In this document: in pieces, positions 51,674 through 64,000 of the stretch
Numbering within the stretch: the first letter of the stretch is position 1
Layout of the letters: each line of letters begins with the position of its first letter
Assembly (NCBI RefSeq): GCF_006345805.1
Contig: NC_043011.1
Coordinates: 4,340,001 to 4,404,000, forward strand
Reading direction: 5' to 3'
Length of the DNA stretch: 64,000 bases
From: Octopus sinensis
Taxonomy: Eukaryota
The notes under the pieces: model-generated
Database searches by the model: none
Told to the model about the DNA's origin: nothing
The model's input: only the letters and a program-made list of their open reading frames with translations
Program-made: the position numbers and the translations under genes

Positions 51674-51779
51674 TTACCTTTTTAGTCAAGGTACCAATCA
51701 CCTGCATCTCCAGCTATTCATAACAGATCTCTTCAAAATCAATTTAGAAGCTGTTGTTCGATAAACAAAATGCAATTTA

Positions 51780-53335
51780 TACCTTCAAAAACTTATTAAA
51801 GAATTTCCTGAAGTTCAGTAATTTTAGTAAATATCTGCCCTGTAAATTTCCTTGAAATTCATTAAATGCTATAGAAGCATTGAAACCTTCCTTTGTCCTT
51901 GTTCGGCTTAGAGCAAGGTAAGTTTGACCACGACTGAACATAGGTTCTGATAAATATATTTTCACATTACTGAACAGCTTTGTGATTTCTTCACAGGTAT
52001 TATGTAGGCAGGTAACATTGGGAATTAGCATTTCTTTAACATGAACAGTAGCATTATTTCACTGGGAACCAGATCTATTCTTTGCATGAAAACTAAATCT
52101 CTTTTGTGACTCTCATTAAGTATTCTTGCAAGACGGAAATGATCATGCAGGCCTCACAGTATCAACTTTATAGTATTAATGAGTCCCTTTTAGGGATTTG
52201 AATTGTGCAGCAATATGATAATGGAGCCAGTTTTCAAGGACAAAACCTAGAGAAGTATTTATTGAAAAATTGTTGGAAAATTGATTCTGTTAGGACTTTC
52301 GTAATCATTTTTCTGCTTTTGCAGTCAGGGATTAAATATTTTCTTGTAGTTCTTTAGCTTCTGTGAAAGGAACTTCTGCATTATTACCATGCACTTGTTA
52401 TAGGAGGTACAAGCACAATGTAACAACGTCTCAGTCCATTTTATTCTCCCTGTGTTTCTTCTGTTTCATTCAGAGCTGTTTACACACTCCTTGCTTAACC
52501 CTTTAGCATTCAAACCCACCATATCTCGTCAAAATATAAAACCTGTTTTATATTAAAACTGGCCAGATCTAGCTTTTCACACATATACCTACAATGTCAT
52601 TCAAAAATAAACTATCGCTTCATTGAAATTGCAAAACTATGAGATAATACATGATTAATTCAAAAGAATCTGAATAAATAAGCATTACGTTCGACAAAGT
52701 AATCTGAGTGTTAAAGGGTTAAGCACCTGTTTATAGAGACATTGGTTAGGTTATCTTGGAATTCTTCAAATTTTCAAGCAGTCTACTTGGTTCATTCAGA
52801 ATGCATATTACAGAAGCTAGTTAAGAATGTATACTACAACAAATGTTTGTTAACTTTGAGGTAGCATTTGTGCTGAACTGGATTCAGTTGGGCATACCCT
52901 TCATCCAGTGTCCTTCATTAGAAGCGTTCTGATGTTTATTGCTGGCTGAAAAGTTTCGTAGGCAATACCATTAATAACCATGAGTGTTCAAAACTTTATT
53001 TTCTTTTTATATGCAGTAGTTGCAACACATTCTTGCTCCTTTCTTCATACTTCAGCCAAAATTAGATTTATTGCTGTGAAATCATCAACTCTAAATTTTG
53101 CATCATTTCTAACATACTGCTTATTGGTTCTGATGATAATGTGTTACACTAGCCTCCACAGAACCCACTATAGCTGTATGTCAATCCTTGGTTCTTTGTC
53201 AGTGGGGTACATATTAGATGTTCTTTGATAAAATTGTCCAAAGCAGAATTTTTCCTGGTGGAGAGCCACTATGTGCTGTCATTCAAGCAAAAGGGTATGG
53301 TGAGTTAAAAGAACAAATGCTGTTCTGAATGTTTC
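51780..53335 (-). mobile_element. Helitron Rep/helicase remnant
   Basis: IYLSEPMFSRGQTYLALSR (PIF1-like motif, cf. VFSHGQLYVALSR); LSLKTGSIIILLHNSNP*KGL (cf. LKVGAPIMLLRNL..GLCNG); VINGIAYETFQ (cf. TVNG..YETFQEAC). Confidence 0.75.
52499..52718. mobile_element. Second TTAA-flanked MITE family, nested in the Helitron remnant
   Basis: TTAA at 52495-52498 and 52719-52722; TIR CCCTTTAGCATTCA / TGAGTGTTAAAGGG. Confidence 0.82.
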
Positions 53336-53339
53336 TATA

Positions 53340-54546
53340 CAAGGGTCTGCCAGAAAGTTCATAGCCCCCACCATCCCTGCATGCCACACACTTCCAGCAC
53401 TTAGATCCCATTAATGAAGCAGCTTTTATCCTGTTGGTAAAAAGAAGTCACCAACAGCAGACATGATGTCCTCATCACTGTGATACTGGTTCCCAGCCAA
53501 ATGTTTTTTTTTCATTTTGGAGAACAGATAATAATCAGATGGGGCCAAACCAGGAGTTTAGGAAGGCTCATCAACCAGTTCAAAGCCACAGCCATTGAAA
53601 GCAATGACTTTTATCCTGGAGTATTGTCCTGATGAAACAAGACCACTTTCATCAGCTTTCCTGAGCATTTGGTCTTGTTAAGCCTTTCATAACTGCCTTA
53701 GTAAGTTGGCATAGAAGTCCCCATTGACAGTGTGGTCCTTTTGAAGACCACACAATGCCCTCTGCATTCCAAATGAGGCCATCACCTTCCCTGCAGATGA
53801 AATAACCTTGGTCTTCTATGGGACGGGTGAAGAGGAATGTTTCCACTCCATGGATTATCTCTTTGTCTCTGGCTCAAAGAGATGGACTCAACATTCATCC
53901 TGAGTTCGGAAACATTCAAGGAATCAGCTGGATCTGCCTCAAATAGAGTCAGATTTTCCGTAATGTGCTCAGCCAGGTGTGCTTTTGATCAGGTGTCAGA
54001 AACCATGGTGCCAACTGAGCAGAGACCTTTGTCATGCCAAGTTCATTGTGCTGAATATTCTCAACTCTCTCATGTTATATGCTTATAGCATTGGCTATTT
54101 AATTTATAGTCAATTGCCTGTCATCCATCACCATGTGAGGAACATGATCAATGTTTTCCTTGGTTGTAGCAGTTGTAAGATGTCTAGATCTTGGGTCATC
54201 TTCAAGACTTTCTCTTCTCTTCCTAAATTCAGCTGTCCACTTTTGCACCGTTGATAAAGCTGGAGTGTCATCCCCTAATGCAGGAACCATATGGCCATGA
54301 ATGTCCTGGGGGGAACTAAACTCTTTTTCTGCAGATACTTTATAACACCACAATGCCAAATTTTGTTGATTTTCAAGAGAAGTGACTACTATTTACTTCT
54401 TTGAATAGTCAGATGTCAGTTTAGCTGGGGGAAAAAACCCTAAAAAAACATGTAGTATTTATGAGTTGAAATTAATGCAGGCAAAATTTAACAGTTCTAG
54501 CACCACTCCTTCATAGTTGGCCCATGAACTTTTCAGTCCACGCTCG
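53340..54546 (-). mobile_element. Mariner transposon, near full length, decayed transposase
   Basis: TA-flanked imperfect TIRs (CAAGGGTCTGCCAGAAAGTTCATAGCC / GGCCCATGAACTTTTCAGTCCACGCTCG); STVQKWTAEFRKRRESLEDDPRS..ENIDHV..DDRQLT; ~1.2 kb. Confidence 0.88.
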
Positions 54547-55630
54547 TATTTGGAGTTTGTGCAGGTACTCTGTTGGTTTTCTCCTGGATGGTAGTCTTAG
54601 ATTTTTGGTTATAAGGGAAGCTGTTAAACTTTCCATTACTTGATCTTTCGTCTTTGAAGTTCAATAAACTGCAGAATGAGAAGATATCATTCATTTTGCC
54701 ACAAACATGTAGCTGAATTTCAGTTTAATTAACATGTTAAGTTGTCCACTTTAAGAGATATGGATCCTGTTCTTAATTGTTTCATGATTTTGATGGGTTT
54801 TTTTTTTTTGCAGCAGAATACAGCATCTTCATTGTTTTATCTTAATGCAGTTGTCTGTCTTGCTTTCATTTTTCTTCAGTCTCTCTCTCTATCTCTCTCT
54901 CTCTCTCTCTCCTTTTCTCTCTCTCTTTCTCTCTCCTTCTCTCTCTCTCTCTCAACAAAACTTGTCTTCCTTTTCCAATCATTTCTCTATTTTTCTCCTT
55001 TCTTCTATTTTCTAAAGTGATAAGTGTCCTGTTTTTTTTCCCCCTTTTTATTGCAAATATCTGTCTATTTTGCCTTTTCCATCCATTGCTTCTGGCACCA
55101 AACTTCCTCTTATAGGCTTCCAGTAACCGCTCCTTGTAATACACTAAGTTTTTCCCACATTTACTTAGACTTTGGTTTTTCCCACTGATCTCACAATCTC
55201 ATACTTATTTAAAATCTTCCTGTTACAAAGAATATATCCTGTATCAAGTATCTGTAGTTATAGCAGATGCTGTCTTACTCAAATTCACTTTGCCTTCCCT
55301 TTGGCAGTGTTCCTTACTTTCCTTATGTTTTTTTTTTTTGCCATTTTCTTGTTTCATTAAACAGATATTTGAAAGACTTTACATAGACTATATACCAACA
55401 ATATTTTTGTTGCTTGCTCTTTCCTCACTTCATACCTGCCACTCCTGCCATCTCTTGTTCCAATTCGTATTTGATTCTTTTCTCTCTCTCATTCAGTTTC
55501 TGTTTAAAGCTGTACGTGTACACATATATACCTAAATGTGTGTGCACATGTATGTTTAGAGTATGTGTACTGCCAGCTGTTACTTGCTTGGCAGCTTGAA
55601 CCATGCTTTCATTTATTGTTTTACATACAT

Positions 55631-55775
55631 AGGCGCAGGAGTGGCTGTGTGGTAAGTAGCTTGCTTACCAACCACACAGTTCTGGGTTCAGTCCCACTGC
55701 ATGGCACCTTGGGCAAGTGTCTTCTACTATAGCCTTGTGAGTGCATTTGGTAGACGGAAACTGAAAGAAGCCCGT

Positions 55776-55844
<69 letters not shown>

Positions 55845-55845
55845 C

Positions 55846-55901
<56 letters not shown>

Positions 55902-56085
55902 CTGTGTTTGTCTCCCCAACATCGCTTGACATCCCCGTTACTTAGCGGTTCGCCAAAAGAGACCGATAGGATAAGTACTAGGCTTACAAAGAATAAGTCC
56001 CGGGGTTGGTTTGCTCAACTAAAAGGCAGTGCTTCAGCATGGCCGCAGTCAAATGACTGAAACAAGTAAAAGAGAATAAAAGAGA
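55631..56085 (+). mobile_element. SINE family A with expanded internal (TA)n
   Basis: Homology; two small deletions. Confidence 0.9.
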
Positions 56086-56600
56086 AATATGTAGCCCCAA
56101 ACAGACATAGGCTTCTTGTCAGCTTGCTCACCATTCCCCTGATGGAACATCCTAGTTGTGACAGCTAGAGACATGAAATGAAGTGCTTTGCTCAAGGGCA
56201 CAATTTTCTGCATGGTAAGAGGATTGACCCTATAACCTTATGACCAGAAGCTGAACACCTTAGCCTCTAGGCCGTATGCCTTCACATATTACTGTTTATA
56301 CTTATATGTTTGTGTTTGTGTGTATCTGTGAATATATGTGCTTGAGTGTGCGCACGTGTGTGTGTCTGCATGTTTGTGTGTATATTAGTTTATTTTGGAA
56401 GAATGAAAGAGAAGTGTTCAAAACATTTAGATTGTTTGGGGATTTTATTTTGAAAGTGAAACTTCGTCTCATGACTAGAGTTTTATACCACAGCATGTTT
56501 TCCGCTGAAGAATCACTATGGTGCTAAACTCAAGTCCTAAGATGAACTCTTAGTTTTGGTTTCAATAAAAAACACAATGTGTATATATATATATATATAT

Positions 56601-56988
56601 ATATTGTTAATACACAAATATGAGAGAGAATCCACTATGTGGACACTCTTATGCTAGATATAAATCCGCAAAGAGACTCAACCACTAAGAATTGTTCTCA
56701 AGAAAAAATTTAGCACACTAAGACCGTAAGCGAGCAGGACAAATGAAAAATAACAAAACGCTTACGGTCTTAGTGTGCTAAATTTTTTCTTGAGAACAAT
56801 TCTTAGTGGTTGAGTCCCTTTGCGGATCTATATCTAGCATAAGAGCATCCATATAGTGGATTCCCTCTCATATTTGTGTATTAATAATATTTACTGAATC
56901 TCAGTCTTTTATACGCAAGGCCACTGGTGTTTAAATTGATGTTATTAAATTAATATCCAATTTTTTCACCCTCATTTTGACTTTAATT
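56601..56988. repeat. Inverted repeat (132-bp arms, 26-nt loop) plus tail between (TA)n tracts; probable Penelope-like terminal module
   Basis: Arms 56601-56732 and 56759-56890 with ~7 mismatches, all transitions. Confidence 0.9.
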
Positions 56989-57508
56989 ATATATATATAT
57001 ATATATATATCATCATTATCATCATGGTTTAACATCCGCTTTCCATGCTAGCATGGGTTGGGCAATTTTGACTGAGGGCTGGCAAACCAGATGGCTGCAC
57101 CAGGCTCCAATCTTGATCTGGCAGAGTTTCTACAGCTGGGTCAAGATATATATTCACTAGTTTTATCTACCATTCTTTTTTTCTCTCAACAATGTCCATA
57201 TCTTAACTATCATCACACCATCAATGTGCTATTGTGTATCATATTGGCACGGGCAAGGATGTGTTGAATATGTTTGTTTTTGTATATATGTGGTAAGGAT
57301 GGTTTCTACGGAATGCTTACATTCGATAAAAACACACACCTCTGAGTTTGTCATAGGTTAGCCTACATGTTGTTAAATGACTTCCTTTTGAAGTTCTCCC
57401 TCAGGATGTACCTAATTCACTGGTTTCAAATATGGAATTGTATTTCTGAAATTAAGAATTAGGTGTGGAAACAGCTGTAGGTGGAAATTCTATGTATGAA
57501 TTTGAATG

Positions 57509-58638
57509 TCATCATCATCGTTGATCGTTTAACGTCCGTTTTCCATGCATGGGTTGGACGGTTTGACCGGGGTCTGGGAACCCAGGAGGCTGCACCAGGC
57601 TCCAGTCTGATCTGGCAGTGTTTTTACAGCTGGATGCCCTTCCTAATGCCAACCACTCCATGAGTGTAGTGGGTGCTTTTTACATGCCACCAGTATAGGG
57701 GCCAGAGGAGGCTGGTAACGACCACAATAGGTTGGTGCTTTTTACATGCCACCGGCATGGACGACTGTCAAGGCGGCACTGCCATTGGCAACGTTTGGAT
57801 GGTGTTTTTTACGTACCACTGGCACAGGTATCACAACTACAACTTCCATTTGATTTTTATTTTGATGTTGATGTACTTGACTCAACAGGTCTCCTCAAGC
57901 ACAGCAGGTCGCCCTACAATCCAAGATAAGCAGAGCAGGCCGTCCTGCAAGCCATGAACTCACTTCATTTGTCAGGTCTTCGCAGTCACAGCATATCTCC
58001 AGAGGTCTCGGTCTTTCGTCATTGCTACTGTGAGGCCCAACATTCGAAGGTCATGCTTGACCACCTCATCCCATGTCTTCCTGGGTCTACCTCTACCCCG
58101 GATTCCTTCAACTGTTTAGGAGTGTCACTTCTAAACACATTTTTCCTCATCCATCTGTAGTACATGACCATACCTACACAAACGTCTGTCCTGCATGCCA
58201 TATCTGATGCTTCTTATGTCCAACATTTCTCTCAGGGCGCTTACACTCTGTCATGCATACACACTGACATTACACATCCAGTGGATCATGCTAGCTTCAT
58301 TTCTTTCGAGCCTACGCATGTCCTCCACAGTCACAGCCCATGTTTCACTGCCGTGAAGCATGACAGTTCGCACACATGCGTCATACAATCTACCTTTCAC
58401 TCTGAGCGAGAGACCCTTTGTCACCAATACTCTTTTACTCTTTTACTTGTTTCAGTTATTTGACTGCAGCCATGCTGGAGCACCACCTTTAGTCGAGCAA
58501 ATCGACCCCGGGACTTATTCTTTGTAAGCCCAGTACTTATTCTGTCGGTCTCTTTTGCCGAACCGCTAAGTGACAGGGACGTAAACACACCAGCATCGGT
58601 TGTCAAGCAATACTAGGGGGACAAACACAGACACACAA

Positions 58639-58671
<33 letters not shown>

Positions 58672-60285
58672 CATACATATATACGACAGGCTTCTTTCAG
58701 TTTCCGTCTACCAAATCCACTCACAAGGCATTGGTCGGCCCGGGGCTATAGCAGAAGACACTTGCCCAATATGCCACGCAGTGGGACTGAACCTGGAACC
58801 ATGTGGTTAGTTAGCAAGCTACTTGCCACACAGCCGGGGAAGAAGCTTTCCAAACTTTGCCAGGCTATTCTTATTCTAGTGGTAACACTCTCTGAGCATC
58901 CACCCCCACTACTAACTTGGTTACCTAGGTAGTGGAATCTATCAACTACTCCTTGTTTCTCCCCCTGGAGTGTGGTGGAATCTGTTTTCTGAGTATCTGT
59001 GGTGTCTATAGCCCCTGTGCATCTGCTGCACACGAAAGCTATCTTCTCGGTTAATTTTCCTTTGATGTTGCTGCACCTCTTGTGTCCATAGCTTACACTG
59101 AGTACATCTTATGGAGTTTCTACGTACACCTTTTCTACGGATTGAGCAGGGCCACCTACCAGAGTGGGTGTGTGATGAGTTCACCTTCTTACTTACTAGA
59201 ACTTTGGTCTTTGCTACATTGACTCTAATGCTTTTTGATTCTAAACCTAGCTTCCACACCCAAAATTTCTTTTCTAGTTCCAGTAGTGATTCCGCTATGA
59301 GGGCCAGGTCATCAGCATAGAGGAGCTCCCAAGGGCATCCCATCTTGAATTCCACTGTTATTGCCTGGACGACTATGATGAATAAAAGGGAACTGAGGGC
59401 TGAACTTTGGTGGACCCTACTTCTACCTGGAATTCTTCATTATACTCATTGCCAATCCTAACCTTACTAACGGCCTCTCTGTGTAGGCCTGTACAGCCCT
59501 TATTAACCATTCATCAATCTCCAGTTTCTGCATCGCCCACCAGATAAGGGAACAGGGACCAAGCCACTTTCTTTTCAGAATCATTAAAAGCAAGTGCACC
59601 ATCATCTATGCGGACACATTTCTCTCCTGTAACATCACAATTTTCTCTCACACACTGTCTTGCAATCCAAAATACCTCAGTTCTTTGGTCCTCACGTCAC
59701 TGGACATTGGCAAACTTCTTTTCCGCTTCGCTCTTGGCTATGTATACCTGCCGCCCCACCCTTCCAGGCTTTCCAGGCCTGTTTCTTTGCTCTAATTGCT
59801 TTGTCTACTGTACTATTCCACCACCATGTAACTCTAGGTCTGGAAGGGACTTTGCACCATCCGCAGACTTAGTCTGTGGCACTCAGTAAGCTGTCCCATA
59901 GAAATTTCCAGTTACCTTCTATGTCCGACGTCTGTAGCTCCTCCTCCCTCTCCTCATATTTCTTGATGAGGATGTCCCTAAATCTCTGACCATGTGAAGG
60001 GTTCTTTAGCTTCCAAATCCTTCTTTTTTGGATCGGTCTACTTCTTGGTATCCTTCTGGCCTCGAGCCTAAAGTCACTAATGACTAGCCTATGCTGGGGG
60101 GTACATTCTTCACCCAGGAGGGTCTTTGCATTTAACAGCAACCCTGCGTCCCACTGTTTGGTGAGGATGAAATCAAACTAGCTAGCAGAGTCCCCTGATT
60201 AATAGGTTATAAGGTGGTTGTCTGGCTTCCTGAAGTTAGTATTGCAGATTAAAAGGTTACATGCATCACAGAACTCCAGTAGCCT
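57509..60285 (-). mobile_element. RTE-type LINE remnant (end of APE, RT, 3' UTR), interrupted by a SINE
   Basis: RLLEFCDACNLLICNTNFRKP..PQHRLVISDF; WELLYADDLALIAES; FHYLG; (ATC)n tail at 57509-57520; internal deletion near 59560-59600. Confidence 0.92.
58428..58835 (-). mobile_element. SINE family A nested in the RTE LINE
   Basis: Homology; RTE coding similarity resumes on both sides. Confidence 0.92.
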
Positions 60286-60334
60286 GTACGTCAATTTTTG
60301 TCAATTTTCTTCATTTTTTTTTGTTTAAAAAGGT

Positions 60335-60365
<31 letters not shown>

Positions 60366-60623
60366 TTCTTAGATTGCTTTTATTTCAGGATGTGATATAA
60401 TTTCTCCTTTTACTGTTTATTTCATTTCTAGTGTAATCTATTTGGAGCCAAAGCAATTGCAGTTTTGTATAATATTACAGACATTAGTACTTCAGAAGAT
60501 GAATGTATTGTATTTACGTTGTTGAAGTATTTTAAATGTAGAAATATACAGACTGTCAAAACCAACAAATGTGTATGGTTGATATTCAGTAGTCACTGCA
60601 TATAAAACAAAATCACAGGAAAC

Positions 60624-60663
<40 letters not shown>

Positions 60664-60666
<3 letters not shown>

Positions 60667-60937
60667 TGGAATCTAAAAACAGAAACAATTCCTGTCATAG
60701 TAGGTGCATTAGGCATGATAAAAAATATTCAGACAAATACACAACAAAAACACCAGGACTTACAAGTATATACAGCATAGAGAAAATTGCACTACTGGGC
60801 ACTGCACACATCCTACGCAGAACACTTTCCATACAATAACCATCAGAGCATCACAACAAACCACAGCACATACCCAAGGCACACAGAGCTGTGCTCGGTA
60901 GTGAAGTGAAAGCACGCTATAAAAATAAAACTACTGA
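60664..60937 (+). mobile_element. R4/Dong-like (RLE) non-LTR retrotransposon 3' end inside (TAA)n
   Basis: MWNLKTETIPVIVGALGMI..IEKIALLGTAHILRRTL (one frameshift); (TAA)n on both sides. Confidence 0.82.
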
Positions 60938-60961
60938 ATAATAATAATAATAATGATAATG

Positions 60962-62067
60962 ATAATCTACTTAAAAAGAGGCATGGTACAGTCCCTAGCA
61001 GGGATAGAATTACTGAATAGAAACTTGATTAAACAAATTAAAATGGAAGGATACAAAGACCTTGGTGTGCACGAGTTTAACAAGATAATGAAAAACGAAA
61101 TGAAAGAGCAACTGAGGATAGAGTATTTCCAAAGCCTGAGGTTGGTGATGTACTAAAAATTGACTGGATGCAATAAAATTCAAGCAGTTAATACATGGGC
61201 AATAGCATCACTTCAGGATGGAGCTGAAATTATAAAATGGCAAAAGAGAGAACTGAAGGAAATGGACAGTACACGGAGCCTTCCACCCTAAGAGTGACAC
61301 TGATAGGCTGTACTTGTCCAGAAGAAAGGGTGGGAGAAGTTTGATCAGTTGCCAGGACTGTATCGAAGCAGAGGAAAACAGCCTAGGGTGGTATATAAAA
61401 AATGCCATGGAGCTACTGTTGAAATACGCGAAGAAGACAGATATGGAAGACCAGTGGCTATAGATGAGGAGGAGTGACCTGAAGATAGAGACAGAAACAC
61501 TCATATTCACAACATTAAATGGCAATTTGGAGCTTAAGCGAAAGTGTGTCTGAGTGGGTAAAGAGTTTGCTTCTCAACCATGTGGCTTCAAGTTCAGTCC
61601 CACTGTGTGGAACCTTGAGCGAGTATCCTCTACTCTAGGCAGCCAGTGCTTTGTGAGTGGATTTGCTAGACAGGAACAAGCATTAAGGACCAACTATATG
61701 AAGTGTAGAATAGACAACACTAACAATAGTGACAAATGCAGAATGTGTAGGGAGAGAGGTGAATCAGTATGGCACATCAAAGGCGGCGAGCTGGCAGAAA
61801 CGTTAGCACGCCGGATGAAATGCGTAGCCGTATTTCGTCTGCCGTTACGTTCTGAGTTCAAATTCCGCCGAGGTCGACTTTGCCTTTCATCCTTTCGGGG
61901 TTGATAAATTAAGTACCAGTTACGCACTGGGGTCGATGTGATCGACTTAATCTCCTTGTCTATCTTCTCTGTGTTTAGCCCCTTGTGGGTAGTAAAGAAA
62001 TAAGTATGGCACATCATTAGTGGATGCCCGAAATTAGCATAATGCGAATACAAAAGATGTCACGATG
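60962..62067 (+). mobile_element. Older R4-clade LINE remnant (RT C-terminus + CCHC finger), interrupted
   Basis: EGYKDLGV..NKIQAVNTWA..HPKSDTDRLYLSRRKGGRSL..CRMCRERGESVWHI|ISGCPKLA. Confidence 0.82.
61780..62002 (+). mobile_element. SINE family B with TSD, nested in the R4-like LINE
   Basis: 14-bp TSD AGTATGGCACATCA at 61766-61779 and 62003-62016. Confidence 0.93.
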
Positions 62068-62071
62068 GTTC

Positions 62072-62180
62072 TAGGTAATTTCCACCTTGGTAAATTACAC
62101 CACAGAAAATTCCACCGGGTAAATTTCACCATAGGTAAATACCACCACAGTATATTCCACCATTGTAAATTCCACCCATG
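62072..62180. repeat. Degenerate ~15-bp tandem repeat (GGTAAATTCCACC-like, ~7 copies)
   Basis: Direct reading; may be subterminal repeats of a DNA transposon. Confidence 0.7.
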
Positions 62181-62790
62181 GGCCAATATTATTCCAATTT
62201 CGATTATTATTGTTTCTTTTCTTTTGAGGTCAGATATTGTAATATCGGGTTTATTGTTCTCTTTATGGTTTGATGTTATTATTGAGCTATCTACTAAAAA
62301 TCATAACCTTTTCACTTCTTGTTCCCTTTTCTATTTGCATGTTTCTTATTTTCTGGGGGTTTTTTTTTTGATATATATATATTTTTTTTTTTTCTGTAGT
62401 AGGTTCACAAATATTATCTTGGTTATCTCATCCTGTCTCTCTTTATATTTCGTGTGTGCTATTTTCCCACGTTGTATTGCCATATGTTCAATATTTTTTA
62501 CAATATCTGCATGCCTTTTTACTTCCATTGTAGTTGTTTCTGTCTTGTAAATACCGTAGAATATTTTTATCTCTCATTCCGTCTCTTCGTGATACTTCTT
62601 CCTCTTTCAGGTGTTTAAAGTATTCGTCATGTATTTCTTTGTGTGATTGTTCATTAATTATTTTTCCTCCCTCGTATTTTTTGTATTCATTGACATTATT
62701 GATATTATTTTTATGTATTCTTTTTTATTTCCATAATATCGTAACCCATATAATAATAATAATGATGATAATAATAATAATAATAATAAT

Positions 62791-63348
62791 AAATGCCCTG
62801 ATGCAGTACCAGGCATTGGCTCTCATGGCTTCTGATCTTAACTGACTGGATGTGTTATCATGTACATTGTTTTGTCTAGGTATAAAAGATGGGCTACAGC
62901 AAATATTCTACTCAATACCACAGATTTGCTTGTCAGTTGTTTGACCATAACCAGTTGAGCATGTCCCTTAGTGGCTGACGATATGTGCATCTCTGATCAC
63001 GAGTAGAAGTAGTGGGGGAGCATCATAGCCATGTGTTGAGAGGGATTCTTTGGGGTTTGAATAATTCACCTCTGGAAACATGGGTGTTTCATTCAACATC
63101 CTTAAACAACCCTTAATCAGGGACCTTTTGAGTGGGATGGGTTACCCAACCAGAAGAAAATTCTAACTGGGCCCCACCCACAAGGTCATGCTCTGTTTAT
63201 CTTGTTATGAGATCACCATGTAGCGCACATATGGTTGTGATGCATGTGCCTGGTGTACCCTTATCAGACGGGTAGTCATGATGGCTATACTGGGCTTTGT
63301 ATATTTTACCCCAGTGTCACTTTGATGGCATGCACTGCTCTCTCACTC

Positions 63349-63350
<2 letters not shown>
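62791..63350. mobile_element. Non-coding ~560-bp element flanked on both sides by (TAA)n
   Basis: GC-richer block with sharp borders against TAA tracts; no ORF or family recognised. Confidence 0.45.
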
Positions 63351-63379
<29 letters not shown>

Positions 63380-63622
63380 CATAGGCACTGGACAGATGTG
63401 GTATTTTTACACCTCTAACCATCAGAATGTTTTTGCTATAGTAATTGCAGTGAATTTGCATTTAGAAATTAAAATACGTCAAAAAGATATTTTATCTAAC
63501 CTAATGTTTTTTTTATTTCTCATCACTTCTTGGCACTGATGCTGCTATATATATATATCAGGGGTGTGTGGTGATCTTTCTGGCTGGGGAAGCAATGACC
63601 AAAATTTTCTGTGTTCATATTC

Positions 63623-64000
63623 TCTTTACTCTTTTACTCTTATACTTGTTTCAGTCATTTGACTGCAGCCATGCTGGAGCACTGCCTTTAGTCGAACAAC
63701 TCGAGCCTGGGACTTATTCTTTTGTAAGCCCAGTACTTATTCTATCGGTCTCTTTTGCCGAACCGCTAAGTAACGGGGATATAAACACACCAGCATCGGT
63801 TGTCAAGCAATGCTAGGGGGACAAACACAGGCACACAAACACACACACGCATATATTATATATATATATATATATATAATATATATATATATATACATAT
63901 ATACGATGGGCTTCTTTCAGTTTCCATCTACCAAATCCACTCACACGGCTTTGGTTGGCCCGGGGGCTATAGCAGAAGACACTTGCCCAGGTGCCATGCA
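63623..64000 (-). mobile_element. SINE family A, cut by window end
   Basis: Homology to the other copies. Confidence 0.9.

Noticed and set aside
44772-64000. Next GCPII exon (expected W.G.L...Y..GPG motif)
   Set aside because: No candidate found by eye; it is probably beyond the window, though a short diverged exon could have been missed.

Overview
AT-rich, repeat-dense eukaryotic DNA. The SINE/LINE repertoire looks like an octopus (coleoid cephalopod) genome, which is an inference. The only host gene I can support is a + strand glutamate carboxypeptidase II / NAALADase (peptidase M28B, FOLH1/NAALAD2-like). Four internal exons lie in the window (9808-9936, 19067-19192, 37946-38123, 44675-44771; 530 coding nt, mostly PA domain). 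They are frame-compatible and separated by 9.1, 18.8 and 6.6 kb introns; I found neither end of the gene here. The rest is intronic: about 30 tRNA-derived SINE copies from several families, RTE, CR1-like, R4/Dong-like and Penelope-like retroelement remnants, mariner and TTAA (piggyBac-type) elements, Helitron remnants and microsatellites. Almost all ORFs in the supplied track are microsatellite or SINE artefacts. The most notable observations are: (i) several hammerhead-ribozyme-like folds in short microsatellite-flanked Penelope-type modules; (ii) two long near-perfect palindromes with the same architecture; (iii) a 3.4-kb satellite of a 46-bp hairpin unit that appears to have arisen inside a SINE; (iv) SINE copies split by stacks of nested insertions at their internal microsatellite. 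TE boundaries are approximate unless a TSD or TIR is quoted.
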